A stretch of DNA of 64,000 nucleotides from Myxococcales bacterium (GTDB taxonomy: Bacteria > Myxococcota_A > Polyangia > Polyangiales > Ga0077539): the NCBI GenBank assembly GCA_016793325.1, contig JAEUKI010000056.1, positions 4,221 to 68,220 on the forward strand. Reading direction: 5' to 3'. Positions 46,701 to 55,479 of this stretch are shown piece after piece. Made by a program: the position numbers and the translations under genes. Every line of letters begins with the position of its first letter. The stretch's first letter is position 1. The notes below the pieces were generated by a model. It saw only the letters and a program-made list of their open reading frames with translations, searched no databases and was not told the origin of the DNA.

Positions 46701-48793
46701 CCGAGCGCGCGCCGCTCGTGATCGCGAAGGTCGAGGCGCTCTTGTTCGATCTCGGGCCGAGCAAGGACGAGCTGCGACGGCGCGCCGCGCGCTGGCTGTG
46801 GCTGCGAGGGATCACGACGGGCTTCGTCCTGCTCGCGCAACACCAGATCAACGCGCCTCCCGGCGCGCCCGACTGGATCGCGACGGCGACGGACACGCAG
46901 CTCGAATCGCTCGTCGACGCGGCGATGACCGCGGGAAACTCCGTGCTGCCAGAGACGTGGATCGTCGATCTCTTGCGCGCTCCATCGATCGGGTTGCTCG
47001 TCGCGGTCGACGCCTGGTCAGCGCTGTTGCAGTGGGCGAGCACCGCGCCTTCGCGGCAGGCGGCGATCAACGAGCTCAATCGCGTGCGTCTCTTTCGCGG
47101 AGCGCGCGCGGCGAAGCTCCGCGCGGTCGCGCGGGTGTTCGCGTGGGGCGTCGAGGTGGGCCTGGTGCTCACGGGCCGCGCGATGAGCGTGCAGCTCGCG
47201 CGCGATCAAGCGCTCGGGTATACGCGGCTCGACGAGGACCGAGTGTTCGTGAGCGCGCTGCCGCTGTTGCGCGGCGAGCGCTTCGGCCGCGCCGTGGTCG
47301 AAGGGCTCTTGCTCCACGAGTTTGGACACCATCGATATCACCGCGGCGACGAGCAGCGCGCCGCGTGGGATCAGGGCTTTCGCGAGGGAATCGGCCCGTT
47401 GCTCAACCTCGTCGCCGACGAGCACCTCGAGCGCAACTTGCGCGCGCTCGACACCGAGTACGGCGATCGACTGAAGCGGCTCGACTCCTATGCGTTTCAG
47501 CACATGAGTCGGCCGCTCGCCGTGGCGACGCTGTTCGAGGTGTTGCGAGGCGATTTGCTGTCAGTGCTCACGTCGACCGAGCTCCTCTTCGCGCAGGATC
47601 CCGCGAGCGTGGTGCTCGAGCACGGGCGACTCTTGCAAGCGCTCGAGCGCTCGGGATCGAGCTTCGCTCGGTGGGTGCGCGCGCTGCGGATGGGGCTCGG
47701 CGACCGGCACGGCGACGAGAAGGTGTCTCGCGCGCTGGCGCTGTTTTCGGGGACGAAGTTTCGCAAGAGCACCATGGGCGAGTTGCTCGAGATCGCGCGA
47801 AAGGTCCGGGCGATCTTCGGCGACGAGTGCCGCCTTCTCAACGTCGTCGCGTCGCACGAGGACGTCGGTCACGGCGAAGAGGGCGAGCTCGATCGCTTGG
47901 GCGAAGGGATCTCGGACGAAGAGATTCGCCGTGAAGTCGACCGCATCACCAACCCGCGCAAGAGCGACGACGACGGGCTGAGCACCATGCGGCCCGGCGG
48001 AAAGCGCTGGCTCAACGTCACCGAGGGAACGGACTTCGACCTGATCACCCAGGTCGTTCGCGTGAAGTACGAGCCGTCCAAGCACCGCGCGCTCTCCGAG
48101 CGCGTTCGACGCTCCGCAGGGACGCTTCGCTCGTACCTCGAGCGGCTGGGGCTGCACCTTCAGCCGCAGCGATTGCGACTGCGCGGCCGACGCGTGGACG
48201 CGCCGCGGACGCGCGCGCTCGTCACGCGGGGAGACCCTCGCGTGCTCATCGCGCGCGAGATCCAGATCAAGACGGACCTCTTCATCGGCGTGGTGATCGA
48301 CTGCTCGGGCTCGATGGCTGGCGGCGAGAACATGCCGCGCGCCAGGCTCTTCGGCGCGCTGATCGCCGAGGCTGCGCGCGCGATGCCCGGCGTCGACGTT
48401 CGGATCTTCGGCTTCACCGATCGCGTGATCTACGACGCAGGAGACTCGACGCACCCCGCGGTGCACGCGCTCGAAGCGGGCGGAGGCAACAACGACTCGG
48501 GCGCGCTCTGGCACGCGGCGAACGTCGCGCGTGCGTCGAATCGGCGAGCAAAATTGCTGGTGATGATCTCCGATGGGCTCCCCACCGAGTGCTCCGCAGC
48601 GTCGCTCAAGCACCTCGCCGTCGAGCTCACGCGCCGACACAAGATGTGCTGCGCGCAGATCGCAGTGCAGCCCCTGCCCGAGGTGCTCTTTCCGAACTAT
48701 GTCGAGTGCGACGGGCCGGACACGGACGTGGTGGTCAAGCGCTTCGGGCGCATCATCGAGGGGCTGGTGAAGCGGGCGATGGGCGTTCCATAG
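43712..48793 (+). CDS. Giant (1693 aa) HEAT/PBS-lyase-repeat protein with C-terminal zincin-like HExxH module and von Willebrand factor A (vWA, MIDAS-complete) domain
   Basis: GTG start. N-terminal HEAT-like repeats (DDDGAVRRAAVESLRALAS; SRADVREIAVELG). Helical solenoid body. HEFGHH motif at ~aa 1200 with downstream ADEHLE. C-terminal vWA with DCSGSMAG...ISDGLPTE (DxSxS..T..D MIDAS). Confidence 0.75.
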   Translation: MQRSTLAPVLNDVGLWRALTERDRVECTDEQIAAAFDAVASRSVRRRIALLGLAATAAMTHPSALVRASAHRALIGARGTRAHAAIARGLDDDDGAVRRAAVESLRALASAEPERWIHAVVHSRADVREIAVELGPPPRAEVFELPLLADEAARPKVLPRIERWAKASTSVPAFAVPALLDSTVRGWLPLSTARAIIDRVPTDRLGQWLFDQAGRGHLTDPAEVAATNADSTDPLDALLELEWSREAPTKIPSDALWWKLIGPVADQFDQLRLRFAASAWALAKRKGYWSASGLAACVLFAPQSLRGVEIPPDFVETIVAASVHAQQASILLATRPSIERIDAIRAKRSTLDRDEVLAVAIAATMQPGSRFEVALHALGRDRLVDAVVAFPRAAALLFVDPASSLGACIDVLDLARARSPEAVTELADRLLTLGGVEPFSVFDLVGPSASHAALKAHCERLAPTHRSIDPRIQLCRSIAGEALPTLLDAILSRPDVDPLLLRWLLAALETEPCDALAAYITRRAAPNTRAMRALLAAIESSHAPAVALARVAQSAVEERVARADPARERADEAIEPPAATVPAVVSAPDVAPPDGQALDDLTYVSDEELEDLVKPFLRWPVTGVAAALELRESPSPNPWLCAALLRAHDAAEHVARVLATFWPTDPETLATLDELVASKLGAFDDLGMLASAWLFRWEKHARRFVELATQSGSLAQVLATVDRWPEPLAARAWSAAARVLETTAARGGSDAVSPELWTPIARLAIDEMSGDDVPLVRDEAARFLAAASRAPASRAIIEPLRADATALRPSLSAERSALLGAWLDRVATERRPLATEILARRQQLEKLRHGPKEAAAELVAELATSADGRALILYALEQEPRPRAFDELNAEVARWRGALAAKVDEVLATRPVALAVDVELARAKAGDPDAWARAAKRLFECDELVDARTIHAVASDEAQRSELAFAWLDARSASVRHWAIEQALVYGDVAGSALSTPERAPLVIAKVEALLFDLGPSKDELRRRAARWLWLRGITTGFVLLAQHQINAPPGAPDWIATATDTQLESLVDAAMTAGNSVLPETWIVDLLRAPSIGLLVAVDAWSALLQWASTAPSRQAAINELNRVRLFRGARAAKLRAVARVFAWGVEVGLVLTGRAMSVQLARDQALGYTRLDEDRVFVSALPLLRGERFGRAVVEGLLLHEFGHHRYHRGDEQRAAWDQGFREGIGPLLNLVADEHLERNLRALDTEYGDRLKRLDSYAFQHMSRPLAVATLFEVLRGDLLSVLTSTELLFAQDPASVVLEHGRLLQALERSGSSFARWVRALRMGLGDRHGDEKVSRALALFSGTKFRKSTMGELLEIARKVRAIFGDECRLLNVVASHEDVGHGEEGELDRLGEGISDEEIRREVDRITNPRKSDDDGLSTMRPGGKRWLNVTEGTDFDLITQVVRVKYEPSKHRALSERVRRSAGTLRSYLERLGLHLQPQRLRLRGRRVDAPRTRALVTRGDPRVLIAREIQIKTDLFIGVVIDCSGSMAGGENMPRARLFGALIAEAARAMPGVDVRIFGFTDRVIYDAGDSTHPAVHALEAGGGNNDSGALWHAANVARASNRRAKLLVMISDGLPTECSAASLKHLAVELTRRHKMCCAQIAVQPLPEVLFPNYVECDGPDTDVVVKRFGRIIEGLVKRAMGVP

Positions 48794-48996
48794 GGGGAGG
48801 AAGCCCCATCGTGGCCGGGCGCGGACGAGGCGCGGGTTGACCGCGAAAACAGTCCGAGATACACACCCGCCCCCTCCCACGGCCGCGAAGCAGAGCGAAC
48901 GGAGAGGTCCCTGCCGAACGACAAACCGCGATGCGCGCGGAATCGGCACACGAAATCAAGGGACCCGCTGCGCGAACGGATGGGGGAGAGGTCCAC

Positions 48997-49695
48997 ATGC
49001 AGACCACGATCAAGATCGAAGGCCAGAAGCGTCCCTCCAGCGGAAAGAGCCCCGCGCGCCGCCTGCGCGCCGCCGGAAAGCTCCCCGCGGTCGTCTACGG
49101 ACCGGGCAAGACCGCCGCGTCGGTGGCGATCAACCCGAAGGACGTCAAGACGGTCCTGTCGCAGCCGCTCGGCCGCAACACGGTGTTCACGCTGTCGATC
49201 GACGGCGCCGAGCAGCTCGCGATGGTCAAGAGCTTCGACTACCACCCGGTCTCGCGCGAGCTCCTCAGCGCGGATCTCTACACGGTCAGCCTCGACCGCG
49301 CGGTGGAGATCGAAGTTCCGCTCGTGCTCACGGGCAAGAGCAAGGGCGTCGCGCTCGGCGGCATTCTTCAGCAGATCTTCCGCAAGCTTCCGGTGCGCTG
49401 CACGCCCGACAAGATCCCCGCGAAGCTCGAGCTCGACATCACCAACGTCGAAGTGAACCAGTCGGTTGCGACCAAGGCGCTCCCGCTTCCCGAGGGCGTG
49501 AAGGTCATGCTCGACGCCAACCAGACGATCGTCTCCGTCGTGACGCCCGAGAAGGAGAAGGCGGACGCCGCCGCTGCTCCCGCCGCTGGCGCCGCCGCCG
49601 CTGCTGCTCCCGCTGGCAAGGACGCCAAGGCCGCTGCTCCCGCCAAGGACGCCAAGGCCGCTGCTCCCGCCGCCGCTGCGGCCAAGAAGAAGTGA
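48997..49695 (+). CDS. rplY: 50S ribosomal protein L25 / general stress protein Ctc, with Ala/Lys-rich C-terminal tail
   Basis: Start MQTTIKIEG. L25/Ctc family pattern (RRLRAAGKLPAVVYG, beta-barrel domain). Adjacent to pth as in many bacteria. Confidence 0.9.
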   Translation: MQTTIKIEGQKRPSSGKSPARRLRAAGKLPAVVYGPGKTAASVAINPKDVKTVLSQPLGRNTVFTLSIDGAEQLAMVKSFDYHPVSRELLSADLYTVSLDRAVEIEVPLVLTGKSKGVALGGILQQIFRKLPVRCTPDKIPAKLELDITNVEVNQSVATKALPLPEGVKVMLDANQTIVSVVTPEKEKADAAAAPAAGAAAAAAPAGKDAKAAAPAKDAKAAAPAAAAAKKK

Positions 49696-49762
49696 TCGTC
49701 GCGCGCTGATCGCGGCGCGCTTCGAGGGGGACTCATCGAGCACACAACGCGGGACCATCACG

Positions 49763-49790
49763 GTGACCCGCGTTTTCGCACGCGGATCAC
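49763..49790 (+). terminator. Imperfect GC-rich hairpin in the rplY-pth spacer (possible terminator/attenuator)
   Basis: GTGACCCGCGTtttcgcACGCGGaTCAC seen in sequence. No U-tract, so the function is uncertain. Confidence 0.25.
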
Positions 49791-49905
49791 GCGAGCTTCG
49801 GCCGCGCGTGACGATCGCGTCCGCGAACTCGCCGAACGAGCGCGCGTTCTCTATTCTGGCGCGGCTCACTCCAACCTTTGGCTCGCGCGCGAGCCCGCGA
49901 ACTCG

Positions 49906-50496
49906 GTGCTCCTGAACATGCTCATCGTCGGCCTCGGAAATCCCGGTCCCTCCTACCGCTCGCACCGCCACAACGTGGGCTTCATGGTCCTCGAGCGGCT
50001 GCACTCGCTCTCGGGCGCGTCCGAGTGGCGCGAGAAGTACAGCAGCCTTCACGCGAAGGGCGTCGTCGCGGGGCAGCCCGTCACGCTCCTGCAGCCGCAA
50101 GGGTTCATGAACCTGTCGGGCACGTCGGTGCAGAAGGCGGCGACGGATCTTCGATTTCCACCTGCGAAAATCCTGGTCGTTCACGATGAGCTCGAGCTCC
50201 CGTTCGGCGAGATGCGCGCGAAGTTCGGCGGCGGGCACGCGGGGCACAACGGGCTTCGCGACATTACGGCGAAGCTCGGCGCGGACTTCGGTCGCGTTCG
50301 CGTGGGCATCGGCCGACCGACGACGGGCCCTGTCGACGCGTACGTGCTCTCGGGCTTCTCGAAGACCGAGCTGCCGGAGCTCCCCGCGGTGATCGATCGC
50401 GCGGTCGAGCTCGTCGAGCTCGCGCTTCGCGAAGGGATCGACGTCGCGGTCGAGCGCAGCAACCCCGCCGTCCGCGGCGGAAAAAAGAAGAGCTGA
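49906..50496 (+). CDS. pth: Peptidyl-tRNA hydrolase
   Basis: LIVGLGNPG, HNVGF, catalytic His region and GGHAGHNGLRD motif. Start GTG 49906 or ATG 49918. Confidence 0.9.
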   Translation: MLLNMLIVGLGNPGPSYRSHRHNVGFMVLERLHSLSGASEWREKYSSLHAKGVVAGQPVTLLQPQGFMNLSGTSVQKAATDLRFPPAKILVVHDELELPFGEMRAKFGGGHAGHNGLRDITAKLGADFGRVRVGIGRPTTGPVDAYVLSGFSKTELPELPAVIDRAVELVELALREGIDVAVERSNPAVRGGKKKS

Positions 50497-50514
50497 CCTC
50501 GCGCGACGCGTTTC

Positions 50515-52590
50515 TCAGTGCGTCGCCCGAGGCGGGGGCAAGCTCGCGCGAAGGCCCTCGCGAGGCGGCTCTGCGGCCGGGAGCGCGACGACGAACGTTG
50601 TTCCGCGGCCGCTCTGCGTGCGCAGCTCGATGCGACCTCCTGCGCCCGCGACGAGCCGCTGCGAGATCGCGAGGCCGAGTCCTGTTCCCTGCGCCTTCGT
50701 CGTGACGAACGGCGTGAACAGTTTCGGGACGAGCTTCGCGTCGATGCCGGGCCCCGAGTCGCGAACGACGATCTCCGCCATCGGAGCGCTCGCTTTCTTC
50801 TGCACGACGACGGACACGCGGCCTCGCCCGTCCATCGCCTCGACGGCGTTGCGCACGAGGTTCATCACGACCTGCCTCAGCTGCGCGGGGTCGATCCTCA
50901 CGAGCGGAACTTCTTTCTCCGCGATGAACTGAATCTCCACCGACGGAGGCAAGTCCTTCTTCACGATCTGCAGCGTCCGTTCGACGGCTTCGCGCGGGTC
51001 GACCGTCTCGAGCGTCCCCTGCCCCGGCCGCGCGTAGTCGAGGAAGTTTCGAACGACGCGATCGAGGCGATCGACCTCTTCGCCGATGATCTGGAGGTAC
51101 TCGTCTTCGGCCGTCCCCTTCGACGCTTGGGGCTGCATGAGCTGCACCGCGGCCTTGATGCTGCCGAGTGGATTTCTGATTTCGTGTGCGAGTCCTGCGG
51201 CCATCTCGCCCATGGCCGCGAGGCGATCGCGCTCCTTGATTCGCTGATGCCCGCGCGTGTTTTCGAGCACGACCGCGATCTGCGCGCCGAGCTCGCGGAG
51301 GATCTGCACCTCTTCGAAGCTGAAAGGCTCGGCGATGCGATCGTCGCCCAAGAAGAGCACCCCCGTGAGCTGCGTCTGCTCGTCGAGCACGGGGATCGCC
51401 ACGGACGCGTGCTGCCTTCGGAGCGTCGTGGTGACCTCCATGGGCTCGACCGCGTCGCGAATTTCGCCGCGGGCGCGGGCGTCGCTCGCGTCGCGCTCGA
51501 GCGGCTCGGCGACGATCGAGCCCTCTTTGTTCAAGCGCTCGATCATCGCGCGGCTCGCGGCGTACTCGAGTCGCTCGGGCGGCGCCGCGCCGAGGTGGAC
51601 GAAGAGGTCGAGGCCCTTGCGCTCGGGGTCGACGAAGTAGAGCGACGCGTTGGTGATGCGACGCGAAGCCGCGAGCCCGTCGATGAGCTCTCGCCCGAGC
51701 TCGTCGAGCTCGAGCACGTGGGCGAGCTTCGCGCGGAGCGCCGTGATCGAGGTCTCGAGGTCGAAGCGCTCGCGAAAGAAGAACCGCGCCACTTGGGTCT
51801 CGGTCTTCGCCCGCAAAGGATCGAGCGGAATCAAGATCACGAGCGACGCGACGATGGCGTTGAGCACGTACGGCGCTTGTCCGCGGGCCCAGTCGACGAG
51901 CAGGTAGTAGACGCCCGCCAGGACGAACGCGAGCGCGCTGAGCACCACAAGTCGCGCCGTGAGCTCGTAGAGGTCGACGAGGCGCGAGCGCTCCATCACC
52001 TGCGAGAGCATGAAGAGCACGATGAGGACGAGGGTCGTTCCGACCGGGCCCACGTCGACGCCGGAGAACGGCAGGAGGTCCGTGAAGAAGACGACGGTGG
52101 TCGCGAGCGAAACGCCTGCAAAATACGCGGCGCGGGCGCGCTCGACGCGCGAGTTCGCAGCGCGGGCTTTCGCGACGAACTCCCACGAGAGCGCCGCGAG
52201 CAGACCGACGACGTAGATCGACAGGACGGCGCGTGCGGCGGTGTGGGCGTGCCACGGGCTGATCGACAGGACGAGCAGGGGGATGCCCAGACCAGTGGCC
52301 CACGCGAGCAGACGGCTCGGCTTCAACGACGATTCGCTGAAGAACGCGCGAAGCGAGCGCACGCCGAACTGCGGGAGCACAACCAGCGAAATCGACGCGA
52401 GGTGCGAGAACACCGCCACGGAGGGGAAGCGATTTCGCAGAAAGAGCGCCGCGAACCAGAGGCCCACGGTGCCGCCAAACGCAGCGAACAACCAGTGCAA
52501 GCGGCGTTTTCGCTCGCGCAGGAGCACGCCCGCCACGATCGAAAAGGCAATGAAGGCGGAGATGAGCTCCGTTTGGGCGCGAAGGTTCAT
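50515..52590 (-). CDS. Membrane sensor histidine kinase (multi-TM N-terminal domain + GAF-like + HisKA + HATPase_c)
   Basis: Start MNLRAQT (verified in DNA). ~8 predicted TM helices. H-box AAGLAHEIRNPLGSIKA. N/G boxes (MNLVRNAVEAM, DSGPGI, GTGLGLAIS). Confidence 0.8.
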   Translation of the reverse strand: MNLRAQTELISAFIAFSIVAGVLLRERKRRLHWLFAAFGGTVGLWFAALFLRNRFPSVAVFSHLASISLVVLPQFGVRSLRAFFSESSLKPSRLLAWATGLGIPLLVLSISPWHAHTAARAVLSIYVVGLLAALSWEFVAKARAANSRVERARAAYFAGVSLATTVVFFTDLLPFSGVDVGPVGTTLVLIVLFMLSQVMERSRLVDLYELTARLVVLSALAFVLAGVYYLLVDWARGQAPYVLNAIVASLVILIPLDPLRAKTETQVARFFFRERFDLETSITALRAKLAHVLELDELGRELIDGLAASRRITNASLYFVDPERKGLDLFVHLGAAPPERLEYAASRAMIERLNKEGSIVAEPLERDASDARARGEIRDAVEPMEVTTTLRRQHASVAIPVLDEQTQLTGVLFLGDDRIAEPFSFEEVQILRELGAQIAVVLENTRGHQRIKERDRLAAMGEMAAGLAHEIRNPLGSIKAAVQLMQPQASKGTAEDEYLQIIGEEVDRLDRVVRNFLDYARPGQGTLETVDPREAVERTLQIVKKDLPPSVEIQFIAEKEVPLVRIDPAQLRQVVMNLVRNAVEAMDGRGRVSVVVQKKASAPMAEIVVRDSGPGIDAKLVPKLFTPFVTTKAQGTGLGLAISQRLVAGAGGRIELRTQSGRGTTFVVALPAAEPPREGLRASLPPPRATH

Positions 52591-52644
52591 GGGTGGCTCT
52601 CGAGCGGCACCGAGTCTAGAATCGATTCCGAGGCTCGATCGCGA

Positions 52645-53607
52645 ATGACGTATTGGGGTCCGGGAACTGTCCCGCCCGGCTACATGCTCGCCCCCGACGG
52701 AACGCTCGTTCCCGTCGTTCCAGGCGCACCGGTTCAGCACCATCCCGTGCCGCCCGCCGCGCCGTATGGCGCCGTGGTCGCCGTGCCCTCGCCTGTGCCG
52801 TACGGCGCGGTGCCCTACGGGTATGTGCCGCAGCCGGCGCCTGTCCCCGTGATGGTGCCGCAGCCGATGCCGCAGATGGTGGCGGTGCAGCCCGTGGTCG
52901 TCGCGACCCACGTCGTGGGCAACGTGGCCGTCGCGCAAGGGCACGCATACGCGGGCTACGTGCAGCAAACCGCGTACGTTCAAGCGCCGATCGCGCAGCC
53001 CATGCAACCGGTCCCGACGCACGCGACCGCGCCCGGAGCGCCGCAGGCGTACGCCCCAGGGTGGACGCACCCGCAGCCCGCTCAACACGGCGGATCCCAG
53101 GACAACGCCCTCGCGATCGCGCGCGAAGACAGCCTTTCGGCGCGCGATCGATACCAGGGCGAAGCTGGCTCCGTGGGAGCGCTCTCGCTCGCCACGAGCG
53201 GATTGATCCTCGCGACGGCGCTCGCGACGGTGACGTTCTTCGTCGTTCCCGTGGGCGCCGTGCTCGCGTCCGCGGCGGTCGCGAGCGGCGTGACGGGGGG
53301 GCTCGGATTGTGGCTTCTTCGTCAGCGAAAGAAGCTCCGCGGCAAGGTCGACCTCGACCCAGAGATTCAAGTGCGGCTCCTCGACCTCGCGACGAAGAAG
53401 CGCGGACGATTGACGGTCACCACGACGGCACAAGGTCTCGGGCTCACCCTCGATGAAGCAGAACGCGCCCTCCAGGCGATGGCGGCATCGCACTACGTCG
53501 ACGTCGAGCTCGACCCAGACGTGGGCGTGGTGACGTACGTGTTTCGTGAGCTCGTCCCCACCCCGCCGCAGCTGCCCGCATCTACCACCGAGGCTCCCAC
53601 TCGATGA
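52645..53607 (+). CDS. Pro-rich membrane protein (N-terminal PxP/Y-rich region, TM, C-terminal globular domain)
   Basis: Start MTYWGPG. Low-complexity VP/PY-rich N-terminus. TM LILATALATVTFFVVPVGAVLASAAVASGV. ATGA-coupled to the downstream TM2 gene. Confidence 0.55.
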   Translation: MTYWGPGTVPPGYMLAPDGTLVPVVPGAPVQHHPVPPAAPYGAVVAVPSPVPYGAVPYGYVPQPAPVPVMVPQPMPQMVAVQPVVVATHVVGNVAVAQGHAYAGYVQQTAYVQAPIAQPMQPVPTHATAPGAPQAYAPGWTHPQPAQHGGSQDNALAIAREDSLSARDRYQGEAGSVGALSLATSGLILATALATVTFFVVPVGAVLASAAVASGVTGGLGLWLLRQRKKLRGKVDLDPEIQVRLLDLATKKRGRLTVTTTAQGLGLTLDEAERALQAMAASHYVDVELDPDVGVVTYVFRELVPTPPQLPASTTEAPTR

Positions 53608-54554
53608 ACAACGACGACCACAGCACCGGGACGTCGAACACCATGACTGCTGAAGCGAGCGATCCGCTGGCGGACGCGCTTCGCAACGACAAGCCGCCGC
53701 CCGCTGCCGCGCACTCGACCCCGCCGCCGAGCGAGCGCTCTTCGCCGCCCGCGCCGCTCGCGCCCGTGGGCGCGTGGCCGCCGCCGAACCCGACCGCCGC
53801 CAACGCGCCAGTGTATGCGCAGCCGAACGCGCACGACGCGCCCCGCGCGCCGCAGCCGACGCCCGTGTACGCACACCCCGCGTACGGCGCTCCGGCCGCT
53901 GCGTTTCCGCAAGCGCCGGCGCCCGATCCCTACAAACCACCGCAGTACCAGCAGCCGTATCCACCGCCGCCCGCGCAGCACGCGCCGAGCCCGTACGGCC
54001 ACTACCAACAGCCTCAGTACCAGCACCCACAATATCAACAGCCGCAGTACCCACCGCAGCCGCAGTATCCGCAGCCTCAGTACGCACCGCAGCCTCCGTA
54101 CGCGCAGCCATACGCGCAGCCATACGCGCAGCCGCAACCAGCGCCGGTCGCGCCGCAGTTGCTGCCGTACGCGCCCGCGCCGATGCCTGCGGCGTACACA
54201 GCGCCCGCGCAGACGTACGCGATCGTTCCGGCGCCGCAGATGATGCCAATGGTCGTGCAGCAGCCGATGATGATGGTCGCGCCGGCGCCGCAGATGGTTC
54301 AGTACGGGCAGGTCGCGCAGACGGGCATCGTCCGCGTCGGAAACGCCAACCGCCTCGTGTTCGCGGTGCTCGCGTTTCTTCTGGGATTCATCGGCTTGCA
54401 CAAGTTTTATCAGGGCAAGCCTGTGTGGGGATTGATCTACCTGCTCACGTCGTGGACGGGCGTTCCTGCGATCGTGTCGGTGATCGAAGGGCTCGTGGCG
54501 CTGTTCCAGACGGACGCTGCGTTCGACGCGGACAACAACTTGCGCGCGATCTGA
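53604..54554 (+). CDS. TM2-domain membrane protein with long Pro/Gln/Tyr-rich (PQY repeat) N-terminus
   Basis: ~200 aa of QPQYQ/PYAQPYAQ repeats, then TM2 domain (RLVFAVLAFLLGFIGLHKFYQGKPVWGLIYLLTSWTGVPAIVSVIEGLVALF). Confidence 0.75.
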   Translation: MNNDDHSTGTSNTMTAEASDPLADALRNDKPPPAAAHSTPPPSERSSPPAPLAPVGAWPPPNPTAANAPVYAQPNAHDAPRAPQPTPVYAHPAYGAPAAAFPQAPAPDPYKPPQYQQPYPPPPAQHAPSPYGHYQQPQYQHPQYQQPQYPPQPQYPQPQYAPQPPYAQPYAQPYAQPQPAPVAPQLLPYAPAPMPAAYTAPAQTYAIVPAPQMMPMVVQQPMMMVAPAPQMVQYGQVAQTGIVRVGNANRLVFAVLAFLLGFIGLHKFYQGKPVWGLIYLLTSWTGVPAIVSVIEGLVALFQTDAAFDADNNLRAI

Positions 54555-54627
54555 TCCGCGGATTTCACGCGCGCATCGCGGCAGGAATTCGTCCCGCTCG
54601 CTCGGCCGCGCTACGATCGCGATCGCT

Positions 54628-55479
54628 ATGCGACCCGCTTCGTTACTGCGTTGCGCGCGAACGATCGCGCCGCTCGTCTTCGTTCACTGCGGACCCATGG
54701 GCGAGCCTCCGCCTCCGCCGTGTCCGATGGAGCCGTGCAGCAACGGAACGCCACGGTTCAACCCCAATCCCAGCCCTACGACGGGCGATGGCTCCGTGCC
54801 GACCGACAGCGCCGTTGGCGAAGCAGGCGTGTCCGACGCGTCGCGCTCCGATGGTGGTCCGACGGTGAGCGTTCGAGGCACGGTCGGAGAAGCGATCGCG
54901 ATGCCGCGCACGCGCATGATGGACACGCGCGTCGCGTCGGGTTGGACCGTGCAATCGCTGCTCGATCCCGCGCGCACCACCACGAGCTCGGCGACGGGCA
55001 CGTTCGCGCTCGACGTCGTCTACGACAGCGCTGGCGTCGCGCCCATTCGCGCAGAGACGCTCACGCCGCCGCGGCAGTGCGCGATCGGCCACGGGCGTTC
55101 GGGCAGCGCCGACGTGGCTGTGGTCGCGTTCGAGCAATCGCGGCTCCAGGAGCTCCTCGCGCCGTCCGGCGTCGGGATCGACATCGGAAAAGCGCAGCTC
55201 ATCGTCGAAGTCGAAGACAGCCTCCGCGCGCGCGTGAGCAACGTGAGCGTCACGATCACGCCCGCGACGGTCGAGGGCGTCGCCTACGACATCGAGAACA
55301 CGCGATTCGCGCTCGGAATGGCGACGAGCACGCAAGGGACAGCGCTGGTCACCAACATTGATTTCGTGGGTCCCTCCGCGAAGGTGGACCTCGTGCTCCG
55401 GCGCGACGGTCGGACGCGCGCGATCCCGATCTACTTCGCCCGCGGCTGCACGACGTTCGTCACGGCGCTCGCGCCGTAG
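54628..55479 (+). CDS. Hypothetical secreted protein
   Basis: Signal-like N-terminus ARTIAPLVFVHCG, Pro-rich linker, beta-rich body. Convergent 3' overlap with the phnC-like gene, so one of the two ends may be mis-set. Confidence 0.45.
   Translation: MRPASLLRCARTIAPLVFVHCGPMGEPPPPPCPMEPCSNGTPRFNPNPSPTTGDGSVPTDSAVGEAGVSDASRSDGGPTVSVRGTVGEAIAMPRTRMMDTRVASGWTVQSLLDPARTTTSSATGTFALDVVYDSAGVAPIRAETLTPPRQCAIGHGRSGSADVAVVAFEQSRLQELLAPSGVGIDIGKAQLIVEVEDSLRARVSNVSVTITPATVEGVAYDIENTRFALGMATSTQGTALVTNIDFVGPSAKVDLVLRRDGRTRAIPIYFARGCTTFVTALAP

Noticed and set aside
50518-53607. 1029-aa plus-strand ORF spanning the histidine kinase (antisense) and the Pro-rich gene
   Set aside because: Only the last 320 codons (from ATG 52645) look like a real gene. 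The upstream 700 codons are antisense junk to the HK.
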